NCBI GenBank assembly: GCA_964372275.1
Contig: CAYJRR010000024.1
Coordinates: 1-40,894, forward strand
Direction of reading: 5' to 3'
Source: an uncultured bacterium
Lineage (GTDB): Bacteria > CAYJRR01
DNA length: 40,894 nucleotides
A program made the position numbers and the translations under genes. Shown here piece after piece: positions 28,320 through 36,890 of this stretch; within the stretch, counting starts at the first letter, position 1; each line of letters begins with the position of its first letter. Below the pieces are notes generated by a model that saw only the letters and a list, made by a program, of their open reading frames with translations, was not told where the DNA came from and made no database searches.

Positions 28320-28966
28320 GGTTTGGCCACGTCGTCGGGCGTCTCCGCCCGCTTCTTCACCGCCGCGGCGACGACGGTGGCGCTCGAGGCGAGGATCGCC
28401 GACTCCATCGAGGGCTGGTCCTTCAGGAGCTTCCGGGTGAGGAAACCCATCTTCCGCAGGTCGTAGATCGTCGAATAGAAGAGGAGCGTCTTGGCGCCGC
28501 CCTCGAGCGGCAGGAAAGCGTAGGACCCGCTTCCCCCTTTCAGGTCACCGTCGACGATCTCGAACGGGATCGTGTCCGCCGACCCGGTCTTGTAGCGGAT
28601 GGTGTAGCGGCAGGAGGTGGTGATCACCGAGAACTTGAACTTCAGCGTCATCTCCACGTCCTGGTGGTCGGCCTCGGTGGCGATCACCTTCGCCTCGTCG
28701 ACCTGCGGGACGAACGCCTTGTGGCCCGCGAAGTCCGAGACCAGCTTGTGCACCTGCGCCGGCGGCGCGTCGACGACGATCCCGGCGGTCACCAGCGAGA
28801 CCTTCCCCTTCGCGTCCGAGTCGACGACGACCACCGAGCCGCGCTCCGCCAACGCCCGCAACGTGGCCGGGTCGAGCCCGGCGGGGTCGAATCCCCGCGC
28901 GCCCGCGACGGGCACGGCGGAAGGGTTGGCGACGAGCAGACCGGCGGCGATGATCAAGCGGACCAT
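28316..28966 (-). CDS. Exported SRPBCC/START (polyketide cyclase-like) domain protein
   Basis: Signal peptide; VDAPPAQVHKLVSDFAGHKAFVPQV...GDLKGGSGSYAF. ATG 28966 is 7 nt after TATCAT (alternative start 28975). Coupled to DUF819 by GTGA. Confidence 0.8.
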   Translation of the reverse strand: MVRLIIAAGLLVANPSAVPVAGARGFDPAGLDPATLRALAERGSVVVVDSDAKGKVSLVTAGIVVDAPPAQVHKLVSDFAGHKAFVPQVDEAKVIATEADHQDVEMTLKFKFSVITTSCRYTIRYKTGSADTIPFEIVDGDLKGGSGSYAFLPLEGGAKTLLFYSTIYDLRKMGFLTRKLLKDQPSMESAILASSATVVAAAVKKRAETPDDVAKP

Positions 28967-29066
28967 GCGCGGCATGATAGCCGCCGCCCCGGCCCGGGGC
29001 GAGCGCCGGTCCGATGTCGCCTCGTCGGACTCGATTCATGAGCCCCGGCGGTCCGCCGGACGCGGG

Positions 29067-29498
29067 TCAGAAGCTGGCGCAGGCGGCGGAGGTCTGGGTG
29101 GCGGTCGACCAGTCGCGGTCGAGTGTGAGGTCCTCGCTCCACTCCTGGAAGAGGTCGCCGTAGGTCCAGACGAGGTCGGTCGGCGGCGGATCGCAGGTCG
29201 AATCGACGTCGAGGTCGACGAAGAAGTCGAGGCGGAGGCGCGTCGACGCCTCGTCGTCGATGGTGCCTTCCAGCACGTCCTTGAACGCGACCTGGAAGCT
29301 GGAGTCGACGACGGTCGCCGTGAGCGCCTTCAGCACCTGGCCGTCCCCGTCCACGCGCAGCGCCACGTGGATCGCCTTCCCTTCGCCCCCGCCGACGTCC
29401 CCCGACACGACGAGGTCGTGGCTCGTGTCGAGCCCCGACGACGAGCATGCCAACAGCCCGATCGCGGCGAGCGCCGCGCACGGCGTTCGAACGTTCAC
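29067..29498 (-). CDS. Hypothetical lipoprotein
   Basis: GTG 29498 overlapping the maeB TGA; lipobox [24 protein letters not shown] and C-terminal CASF. Confidence 0.75.
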   Translation of the reverse strand: MNVRTPCAALAAIGLLACSSSGLDTSHDLVVSGDVGGGEGKAIHVALRVDGDGQVLKALTATVVDSSFQVAFKDVLEGTIDDEASTRLRLDFFVDLDVDSTCDPPPTDLVWTYGDLFQEWSEDLTLDRDWSTATQTSAACASF

Positions 29499-31813
29499 GA
29501 GCGGCCGGCCACCCTCGGCCGCGGGATCCGGGCGGCGGCCTGGTCCTGGGCCTGGACGGCGGTCACCGCCGCCATGCTCACCACCTCGTTCACCGTCGAT
29601 CCGCGCTGCAGCACGTTCACCGGTGCGTCGATCCCCATCAGGATCGGCCCGATCGCTTCGGCGCCGGCGAGCTTGAGCATCAACTTGTAGGCGATGTTCC
29701 CGGAGGCGAGGTCGGGGAAGACCAGCACGTTGGCGCTCCCCCGGAGGGAGCAGAACGGGAACAACTCGTCGCGCAGCTCGGCGTCGATCGCGACATCGGC
29801 CTGCATCTCGCCGTCCACCTTCAACGAAGGGTTTCGTTGACGGACCAGCTCGGTGGCCCGCCGGACCTTCTCGGTCTGGGGGTGGGAGGTCGACCCGAAG
29901 CTGGAGAACGACAGCATCGCCACCCGCGGCTCCTCGTCGGTGAAGAAGCGCACCTGATCCGCCGTCTGCAGCGCGATCTCCGCCAGGTCCTCGGCGCTGG
30001 GCTCGATGTTCACCGTGGTGTCGGCGAAGAAGGTGACCTTGTTCTTGAACAGGATCACGTAGAGGCCGCACACCTTCCGTACGCCGTCCTTGAGCTTGAT
30101 CAGCTGCAACGACGGCCGGATCGTGTCGGAGTAGGCGGTCCGGTTCCCCGACAGCAGTCCGTCGGCATCGCCGCGGTGGACCATCATCGGACCGAAGGCG
30201 TTGCGGTGGCGCAGGAAGCGCTTGGCCTCGCCGAGGTTGTTGATCCCCTTCCGCTGCCGCATCTCCAGCAGCTCCTCGGCGTACGACTCGAAAAGCGGGA
30301 ACTCCTCCGGGTGGATGATCCGCACGTCGGGAAGGTCGAGGTCGAGCTCGGCGATCTTCCGCCGCACCGCCTTCTCGCGGCCGAGGAGGATCGGGATCGC
30401 GATCTTCTCGTCTACCAGCACCTGGCAGGCGTGGAGGATCTTCTCGTCGTCCCCTTCCGGGAAGACGATCCGCTTGAGCGACCGCTGCGCCTTCTTGATG
30501 ATCGGCCGCATCACCTCCCGGCTCCGACCCAGAAGCCGCTCCAGACGGTCGCGATAGGCGTCCGGTCCGTCGAGCGAGAGCCTCGCCACCCCGCTCGCCA
30601 CCGCCGCCTGGGCCACCGCCGGCGCCACCGTCAGCAGCAGGCGCGGGTCGAACGGCTTCGGGATGATGTACTCCGGTCCGAACTTGAGGCGCTCCCCGCC
30701 ATAGGCCTTCTGCACGATGTCGGGAACGTCCTCGCGGGCGAGACGAGCCAGCGCCCGCACCGCGGCCAGCTTCATCTCGACGTTGATCTTGCGCGCCCGC
30801 ACGTCGAGCGCGCCGCGGAAGATGAACGGGAAGCCGAGGACGTTGTTCACCTGGTTGGGGAAGTCGCTGCGGCCGGTGGCCATCACCACGTCGGGCCTCG
30901 CCGCCCTGGCCTCTTCCGGCAGGATCTCCGGATCGGGGTTGGCCATGGCGAAGACGATCGGCCGCTTCGCCATCCGGGCCAGCATCGGCCCGCGGAGGAT
31001 CCCACCCTTCGAACAGCCGACGAAGACGTCCGCGCCGTCGAGGGCGTCCTCCATCGTCCGCGCCTTCGTGTCCTGCGCGAACTCCTCCTTGTGACGGTTG
31101 GTCGGCTCCGGCCTCCCCTTGTAGACGACCCCCTTCTGGTCGAGGAGGAGCACGTTCTCCCGCTTCACCCCCAGCGAGAGATAGAGGCGCGCCGTCGCCA
31201 ACGCCGCCGCGCCGGCCCCCGAGAAGACGACCCGCACCCGATCGAGGTCCTTCTCCACCAGGTCGAGCGCGTTCAGGAGCGCCGCCGCGGAGATGATCGC
31301 CGTCCCGTGCTGGTCGTCGTGGAAGACGGGGATGTTCATCCGCTCGATCAACGCCTCCTCGATCTCGAAGCAGTCGGGGGCCTTGATGTCCTCCAGGTTG
31401 ATCCCGCCGAAGGTCGGTTCCAGCGCCGCCACCGTCTCGATCACCTGCCTGGGATCCTTCACCCCGAGCTCGATGTCGAAGACGTCGATTCCGGCGAAGC
31501 GCTTGAAGAGGATCCCCTTCCCTTCCATCACCGGCTTGCCGGCGAGCCCGCCGATGTCGCCCAGGCCCAGCACCGCCGTCCCGTTGGTGACGACCGCCAC
31601 CAGGTTCCCCTTGGCGGTGTAGCGGTAGGCGAGGTCGGGGTCCTTCGCGATCTCGAGGCACGGCTCGGCGACCCCGGGGGTGTAGGCGAGCGACAGATCG
31701 CGCTGGTTGTGGAACGACTTGGTCGGGACGACTTCGATCTTTCCCGGCTTCGGATTGGCGTGGTACTCCAGCGCGTCCTTGCGGCGGACGTTCGCCTTGT
31801 CCATGTCACCCAT
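29495..31813 (-). CDS. maeB: NADP-dependent malic enzyme with phosphotransacetylase-like C-terminal domain
   Basis: [52 protein letters not shown] domain IVFPEG...DGEMQAD...GNIAYK; 772 aa. Confidence 0.97.
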   Translation of the reverse strand: MGDMDKANVRRKDALEYHANPKPGKIEVVPTKSFHNQRDLSLAYTPGVAEPCLEIAKDPDLAYRYTAKGNLVAVVTNGTAVLGLGDIGGLAGKPVMEGKGILFKRFAGIDVFDIELGVKDPRQVIETVAALEPTFGGINLEDIKAPDCFEIEEALIERMNIPVFHDDQHGTAIISAAALLNALDLVEKDLDRVRVVFSGAGAAALATARLYLSLGVKRENVLLLDQKGVVYKGRPEPTNRHKEEFAQDTKARTMEDALDGADVFVGCSKGGILRGPMLARMAKRPIVFAMANPDPEILPEEARAARPDVVMATGRSDFPNQVNNVLGFPFIFRGALDVRARKINVEMKLAAVRALARLAREDVPDIVQKAYGGERLKFGPEYIIPKPFDPRLLLTVAPAVAQAAVASGVARLSLDGPDAYRDRLERLLGRSREVMRPIIKKAQRSLKRIVFPEGDDEKILHACQVLVDEKIAIPILLGREKAVRRKIAELDLDLPDVRIIHPEEFPLFESYAEELLEMRQRKGINNLGEAKRFLRHRNAFGPMMVHRGDADGLLSGNRTAYSDTIRPSLQLIKLKDGVRKVCGLYVILFKNKVTFFADTTVNIEPSAEDLAEIALQTADQVRFFTDEEPRVAMLSFSSFGSTSHPQTEKVRRATELVRQRNPSLKVDGEMQADVAIDAELRDELFPFCSLRGSANVLVFPDLASGNIAYKLMLKLAGAEAIGPILMGIDAPVNVLQRGSTVNEVVSMAAVTAVQAQDQAAARIPRPRVAGRS

Positions 31814-31829
31814 GGGGGCGAAGCCTACG

Positions 31830-32846
31830 TCACTTCGTCAGCTGGATGAACCACTCCTTGTCCCGGACCTTGGCGAACTGCGGGTCGCTGACGGCGCGAT
31901 CCTTGAGCGACGCGTCGACCGAGCTGACGGCCCAGGTGAGGATCTCCCGCGCCGCGGGGTTGTCGGTGAGCGCGGCGGCGGCGGCGAGGTTGTAGTACGA
32001 CTCCGCCGACTTCGGATCGGCGGCGACGGCGTTGCGGAAGAGGTTCGCCGAATCGAGGTACTGCTTGCGCGCGTGGTAGTCGTTGCCGGTGCGCAGGTAG
32101 GTCTCGCTCGCCAGCGTGGTGAAGTCGGCCACCGACACCGCGAAGGAGTCGGCGCAGTCGCCGGTCGATCCGTGGAGGAGGAGCCCCAGCCCGTCGGCGT
32201 CGGGGGCGATCGCCAACGCCTCCGGGTGGACCTTCAGCGATCCCGGCTTCGCCGGCGCGACCGTCGCCTCGACCCCGAACACCTTGATCGACTCTCCCGG
32301 GACCCTGGCCCCGGCGCGCACGGTGGCGGCGCCGACCGGCTCCCAGGTCAGGTCGAGACCGACCGCCCACGCGTAGTAGTCGGGCTCGCGCACGGCGTGC
32401 AATTGGTAGTCGCGCTTCTGCAGGCGCTGCTCCACCTGCGAACGTTTTTCGGCGGCGTCGGCGTCGGCGTCGCCGAACGCATACTCGACGCGGGTGCCGT
32501 CGCGCTTCACGAACTCGCAGGTGGTCCGCGCCGCGCACGCCGAGACGAGGCAGTAGCCGAACTCCTTCCCGTCCTTCGACCAGCCGTAGGCGGTGGCATG
32601 GTTCACGCCTCCGCCGGCCGCCAGCTTCGGCAACGGCGGGTCGATCCCCGACACCCCCTTCTTGACGCGCTTGGGGGTGGGAAGGATCGACTTCGTGGTC
32701 AGGGCATCGCAGGCCGCCAGGGGCGCCGCGATCGACGCCAAGATCGCGAGGCGCAAACCTTTCCGGCGCAATCTCAAAATCGTCCCGGCGAGCCCCTTTC
32801 CGGCGCGGATCGGTGTGCTACCTGTTGGAGAGGGACCCGCTCTCAT
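31830..32846 (-). CDS. Hypothetical lipoprotein with C-terminal TPR
   Basis: Lipobox PLAAC after the basic/hydrophobic leader [41 protein letters not shown] and DPQF end motif. Start may be further downstream. Confidence 0.72.
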   Translation of the reverse strand: MRAGPSPTGSTPIRAGKGLAGTILRLRRKGLRLAILASIAAPLAACDALTTKSILPTPKRVKKGVSGIDPPLPKLAAGGGVNHATAYGWSKDGKEFGYCLVSACAARTTCEFVKRDGTRVEYAFGDADADAAEKRSQVEQRLQKRDYQLHAVREPDYYAWAVGLDLTWEPVGAATVRAGARVPGESIKVFGVEATVAPAKPGSLKVHPEALAIAPDADGLGLLLHGSTGDCADSFAVSVADFTTLASETYLRTGNDYHARKQYLDSANLFRNAVAADPKSAESYYNLAAAAALTDNPAAREILTWAVSSVDASLKDRAVSDPQFAKVRDKEWFIQLTK

Positions 32847-32874
32847 CACCGGACCGAACACAAGGCGTTCCTCC

Positions 32875-33546
32875 GTGAAAAGATTACAGGAAAAGCTTGG
32901 TGACCGCATCCAGCGGAAGCTGGGACGCAAGGTCTGCCTCGTCCTCCACGACAACCGGGCCGTGATGCTCTCGTTCCGCCGCGGTCCGGTGGGGCGCGTC
33001 GTGCTCCGGCTGCACCACCTTTTTCTCGCCGCCGGACCGCCGGAGATTGCGGCCATCGCCGACTTCCTGCGAAGCAAGGACGCGGCCGCGCGCCGCGTGG
33101 TCGAGAACTTCATCGCCCGCTACGGCCACTTGATCGGGGTGAAGCTGCCGGAGTCGATCCGACCCGCGCGGGGCCGGGTCTACGACCTGCAGCGCATCTT
33201 CGACGCGCTCAACCGCCGCTACTTCCGCAACCGCGTCCGCGCCGAGATCGTCTGGGGGAGGCGGGTGAAGCGCGAACGCAAGCACTCCATCCGCCTCGGC
33301 TACTACTGCGAGGCCGAGCGCAAGATCGTGATCAATCCGGCGCTCGACCGCGGGTCGGTGCCGAAGTACTTCCTGGAGTGGATCGTCTTCCACGAGATGC
33401 TGCACCAGGTCGTCGGCTTCACCACGATCCGCGGAATGAGCGTCGCCCACACGCCGGAGTTCCGCCGCCGCGAGCACGCCTTCCCCCGCTACGCGCGCGC
33501 GTCGGAGTGGGAGAGCCGGAACCTCTCCCGACTCCTCCGCGCGTAG
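32875..33546 (+). CDS. SprT/YgjP-like zinc metalloprotease
   Basis: YDLQRIFDALNRRYF, RLGYY, IVINPALD, FHEMLH, HTPEFRRRE; GTG 32875. Confidence 0.85.
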   Translation: MKRLQEKLGDRIQRKLGRKVCLVLHDNRAVMLSFRRGPVGRVVLRLHHLFLAAGPPEIAAIADFLRSKDAAARRVVENFIARYGHLIGVKLPESIRPARGRVYDLQRIFDALNRRYFRNRVRAEIVWGRRVKRERKHSIRLGYYCEAERKIVINPALDRGSVPKYFLEWIVFHEMLHQVVGFTTIRGMSVAHTPEFRRREHAFPRYARASEWESRNLSRLLRA

Positions 33547-33577
33547 CCAACCACGCCGGTCTCTTCCGGCGGCGTCC

Positions 33578-34270
33578 TCAGCGGACGGCGCCGCCGCCGG
33601 TGCGGGTCGGGAGCGGGATGCGCTCGCCGGGCTGCGGGCGGGTGGCCCGCGTGTCGTCGTTGCGGGCGACGTTCACGCCGCCCGAATCGGCGGTCGTCGA
33701 CGAGATCGGCTGGCCGGTCACCCCGGACGGCTGGGTGGAGATCGGTCGGCCGGGGAGGCGATCGACGTCGGGGGTGATCGGACGCGGCCGGCGGGTCGGC
33801 GCCGGCGGTGTCACGGGCGGGGCGCCGGGCGGCGTTCCGGGGGCCGGAGGCGGCACGGTATTCCGGCCCGGGCTGCTGGTGGGGGCCTCGGGCGGAGTCG
33901 CCGGCCCCTTCGCGGTGAGCGCCTTGTAGGCACGCCACGAACCGAAGGCGAGAAGGCCGACGCCGACGACGATCACGGCCGCCGGCAGCGCCACCGTTCC
34001 GACGGTCACCGCCGCGCCGGCCGCCGCCGCCGCGGTCAGCGCCTTGGCGAGCATCACGCCGCCGACCGCTCCGGCCACGAGGCCCGGGATGGCGAACGGC
34101 AGAAACGCCTTCGCGGCGTCGGCGACCGAGCCGCCGTCGTTCACCGTCGCCGGTTGCGGAGGGGGGTCGATCGCCTGCGCCATCGGCGCCGCCAACAGCG
34201 CCACCGCGGTGCCGACGGCCACGGAACCCTCGCGAACGAGTCGAGCCAAACCGGAAAACGCTCCGCGCAT
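33578..34270 (-). CDS. Hypothetical membrane protein with Gly/Ala-rich hydrophobic segments and Pro/Thr-rich tail
   Basis: ATG 34270 after GGAGG; signal peptide ending AQA; hydrophobic GLVAGAVGGVMLA...VIVVGVGLLAFG; low-complexity C-terminus. Confidence 0.65.
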   Translation of the reverse strand: MRGAFSGLARLVREGSVAVGTAVALLAAPMAQAIDPPPQPATVNDGGSVADAAKAFLPFAIPGLVAGAVGGVMLAKALTAAAAAGAAVTVGTVALPAAVIVVGVGLLAFGSWRAYKALTAKGPATPPEAPTSSPGRNTVPPPAPGTPPGAPPVTPPAPTRRPRPITPDVDRLPGRPISTQPSGVTGQPISSTTADSGGVNVARNDDTRATRPQPGERIPLPTRTGGGAVR

Positions 34271-34470
34271 CTCGAGCCTCCAGGTCGGAAGAGGGAGAAA
34301 CCGGCAACAGAACAGCAACGACCGTGCCCTCCCGCGAATGTCGCGTCGCAGCCGCCGACGCTTGTCTTTCGCGAACTTCCGCCGGGCGTCCGCCCTCGAA
34401 GCGCCGAGACGGGCTGGAGGGAACACTCTCCGGTGCGAGACACCGATCTCCCAGGTCGGCCTGCTGCGGA

Positions 34471-35637
34471 CTACCAGAGGAGCTGCACCCCGAGGGTGAA
34501 GCCGTCGGCGCGCTCTTCCTCGGTGACGCGGTCCTCGCCGCGGTACTGGGCGGAGATCTTCAACGAATCGATTCGTTCATCCTGGTGGCGGGGGTACCAG
34601 GTCAGCCCGGCCTCCTGGTATTCGACGCGCCGCGGCGAGGTCTCCCGGTCTTCGACGGTGGCCCCGATCCGTGCCGCCGGCTCGAGCCCGAGGGGGAGGA
34701 GCCAGGCCGCTTGCAGGTAGCCGCCGCTCGCCGCCTCCGGCCGGTCGAGAAGACGGTCCCTCGCGTGCCGGCGGAGCAGCTCCCCTTGCAGGTAGGCCCC
34801 CCGGTAGGCGGCGCGGAGGCTCGCCGCGAGGCGCAGGTCGTCGACCCGCCGGCCGCCGAAGCCGGTCTCGTCGTAGCGCATCGTCGGGTGGTAGAGCAGC
34901 CCGGCGCCGATCCCGACGCGAAGCCCGCCGCGCTCGTGGTCGAACTCGTCGAAGGGGAACGCCCCGAGCGGATGGAGGTCGGCCCGGAGCGCGTAGGCGA
35001 TCCCGCGCTCGTCGGATGGCGACTCCGACAGCCGATCGCCGTTGAACACCCCGACCGCGGCACGGACGACCTCCGAGTCGGGGAGGTAGGTGAGGAGCAG
35101 GCCGTGGTCGGGCCCGCTCAGGAAGGCGTCGTTCGCGCCGCTCCGGGTGCGGAAGAGGAGCGCCGTCGCCGGGCTCTGGTGCTGCGCCGTGAACGGGACC
35201 CGCATCCGGCCCGCCTTGGCCAGCAGGCCGTCGAACGGTCGGTAGGCGACCGACGCCTCCTCCAGGGCGACCCCGAGCACGGGCGAGGTCTCGGTCTCGA
35301 CGGCGTCGACGTTGCCGTCTTCGTCCCCGTCGACGGCGGTGACCCGCGCGACCGCGTCGAACGAGCCGTCGCCGACGATTGCGTGCACCACGAACGAGAA
35401 CGCCTCGAACGGCGTGCCGTGGATCTCGATCCCCGCCGCGCTCGACTCGAGCCCGGCCTGCCACCGATCGCGCGGCGTCGCGTCCGGCAGGTGCGTGACG
35501 CCGAACGTCGGCTGCAGGTAGCCGGAGGCGGTCACCGTACGCTCGACGCCGGCCGCCGGAGCGCCCGGCTGCGCAAAGGCCGTCGCGCGCGCCACCACGA
35601 CCGCGACGAGCACGGCGAGGGGGACGCGGCGGTTCAC
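34471..35637 (-). CDS. Outer-membrane porin (OprO/OprP-like beta-barrel)
   Basis: GTG 35637 overlapping the upstream TGA; signal ending AFA; LEEASVAYRP...AGRMRVPF, GVFNG, GGYLQAAW, GLTWY; C-terminal GVQLLW beta-signal. Confidence 0.85.
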   Translation of the reverse strand: MNRRVPLAVLVAVVVARATAFAQPGAPAAGVERTVTASGYLQPTFGVTHLPDATPRDRWQAGLESSAAGIEIHGTPFEAFSFVVHAIVGDGSFDAVARVTAVDGDEDGNVDAVETETSPVLGVALEEASVAYRPFDGLLAKAGRMRVPFTAQHQSPATALLFRTRSGANDAFLSGPDHGLLLTYLPDSEVVRAAVGVFNGDRLSESPSDERGIAYALRADLHPLGAFPFDEFDHERGGLRVGIGAGLLYHPTMRYDETGFGGRRVDDLRLAASLRAAYRGAYLQGELLRRHARDRLLDRPEAASGGYLQAAWLLPLGLEPAARIGATVEDRETSPRRVEYQEAGLTWYPRHQDERIDSLKISAQYRGEDRVTEEERADGFTLGVQLLW

Positions 35638-36890
35638 GGGTAGGAGAGCCCGACCGGGCCGAAGGCGACCGAGGTCATCCCTTCGACGCCGGTCTGGTAG
35701 GAGGGGCCCGCGATCAGCCAGCCGGTCGAATCGGCGGAGTAGCGGTCGGGCCGGTGGGCGTGGACGAACGGAAAGGGCCCGATCGCCGTCGACGGATCGG
35801 TCCAATCGACATAGCGGGTCGGCGCCTCGCGCTCGTCGACCACCTCGATCCTTCGCCCGAGGCGCTCCGCGGCGCGCTCGCTGGCGGTCCAGATCCGTGG
35901 ACTTCCGATCCCCTCCTCCCCGATCGAGGCGATCACTGGACGGCCCGCCCGCGTGCCGACGAGGAACAGCGCCCCCTTCCACCGGTGGACGCCGGCCGGC
36001 TCCATCCCCGAGACCTCCAGCCGGCGCGCCTGGGAACGGTCGAACAGCAGGAGCTGGCCCGATTCGAGGAGCCCCGCCACCAGGCCGTGCTCGTCGGCCT
36101 GGAGATAGCCCCTCACCGCGTCCCGGCCCAGGTGCACCGTTCCCCCGGGAATCTCGACCGCCGCCGTCTCGCGCGCGCCGGCGTCGACGAATCGCGCCTC
36201 GGCGCGCCGCGTCCCGCCGCCGTCGAGGTAGGTTGCCACGTAGAACCCCTCGCCGTCCGCCTGGCCCGTCCCCGCGATCCGCACGTCGGTCGCGTCGGCC
36301 GGCTGGAACTCCCGCGCCGCGAGGTATCGATCGGAGAGGAGATCGACGACGACCAGGTAGGGCCTGGGATCGGAGACGGCGCGCACGATCGCCGGCACCG
36401 TGACGCGCGACGGCGAATCGTCGACCCAGGGAAGGACCCCCTCGAAGAGGAGGTCGGCGTTGCTCGACGGATCGCGGTCGAGAACCCGGCGGCAGGCGCC
36501 GCTCGCGCCGTCGACGCGCACGAGCGCATCGCCGGACCAGTACCAGGCGGCGCGCTCCACCTCGCCGATCCACCCGTGCACGCCGCGGCTCTCCCCCTTG
36601 TGACCGTCGCATCCGCCCGACCAGCCGCCGTCGCGGAAGCCGACGAAGGCGGTCGCCTCGGCGCGGTCGGGGGCGCCGTAGAGGACGTAGAGGTTCCCCT
36701 CGCGGTCGGACACCGGCGGCAGGAGTCGGAGCGGCGCCCGTCCCGGAACGTCGGCGACGAAGCGGAACGTCCCCCATTCGCCGGTCTCCAACGGCGGAGC
36801 GCAGGCGGCGAGGACCGACGGCGCCGCCACCGCGAGCGCGGCGGCGCGGGCGACGCGGCCGATCGATCCAACGCGGGAACGGGCGGCCAT
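35634..36890 (-). CDS. Hypothetical beta-rich lipoprotein
   Basis: Lipobox LAAC; predicted all-beta (propeller-like) pattern; starts immediately after the upstream TAG. Confidence 0.75.
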   Translation of the reverse strand: MAARSRVGSIGRVARAAALAVAAPSVLAACAPPLETGEWGTFRFVADVPGRAPLRLLPPVSDREGNLYVLYGAPDRAEATAFVGFRDGGWSGGCDGHKGESRGVHGWIGEVERAAWYWSGDALVRVDGASGACRRVLDRDPSSNADLLFEGVLPWVDDSPSRVTVPAIVRAVSDPRPYLVVVDLLSDRYLAAREFQPADATDVRIAGTGQADGEGFYVATYLDGGGTRRAEARFVDAGARETAAVEIPGGTVHLGRDAVRGYLQADEHGLVAGLLESGQLLLFDRSQARRLEVSGMEPAGVHRWKGALFLVGTRAGRPVIASIGEEGIGSPRIWTASERAAERLGRRIEVVDEREAPTRYVDWTDPSTAIGPFPFVHAHRPDRYSADSTGWLIAGPSYQTGVEGMTSVAFGPVGLSYP

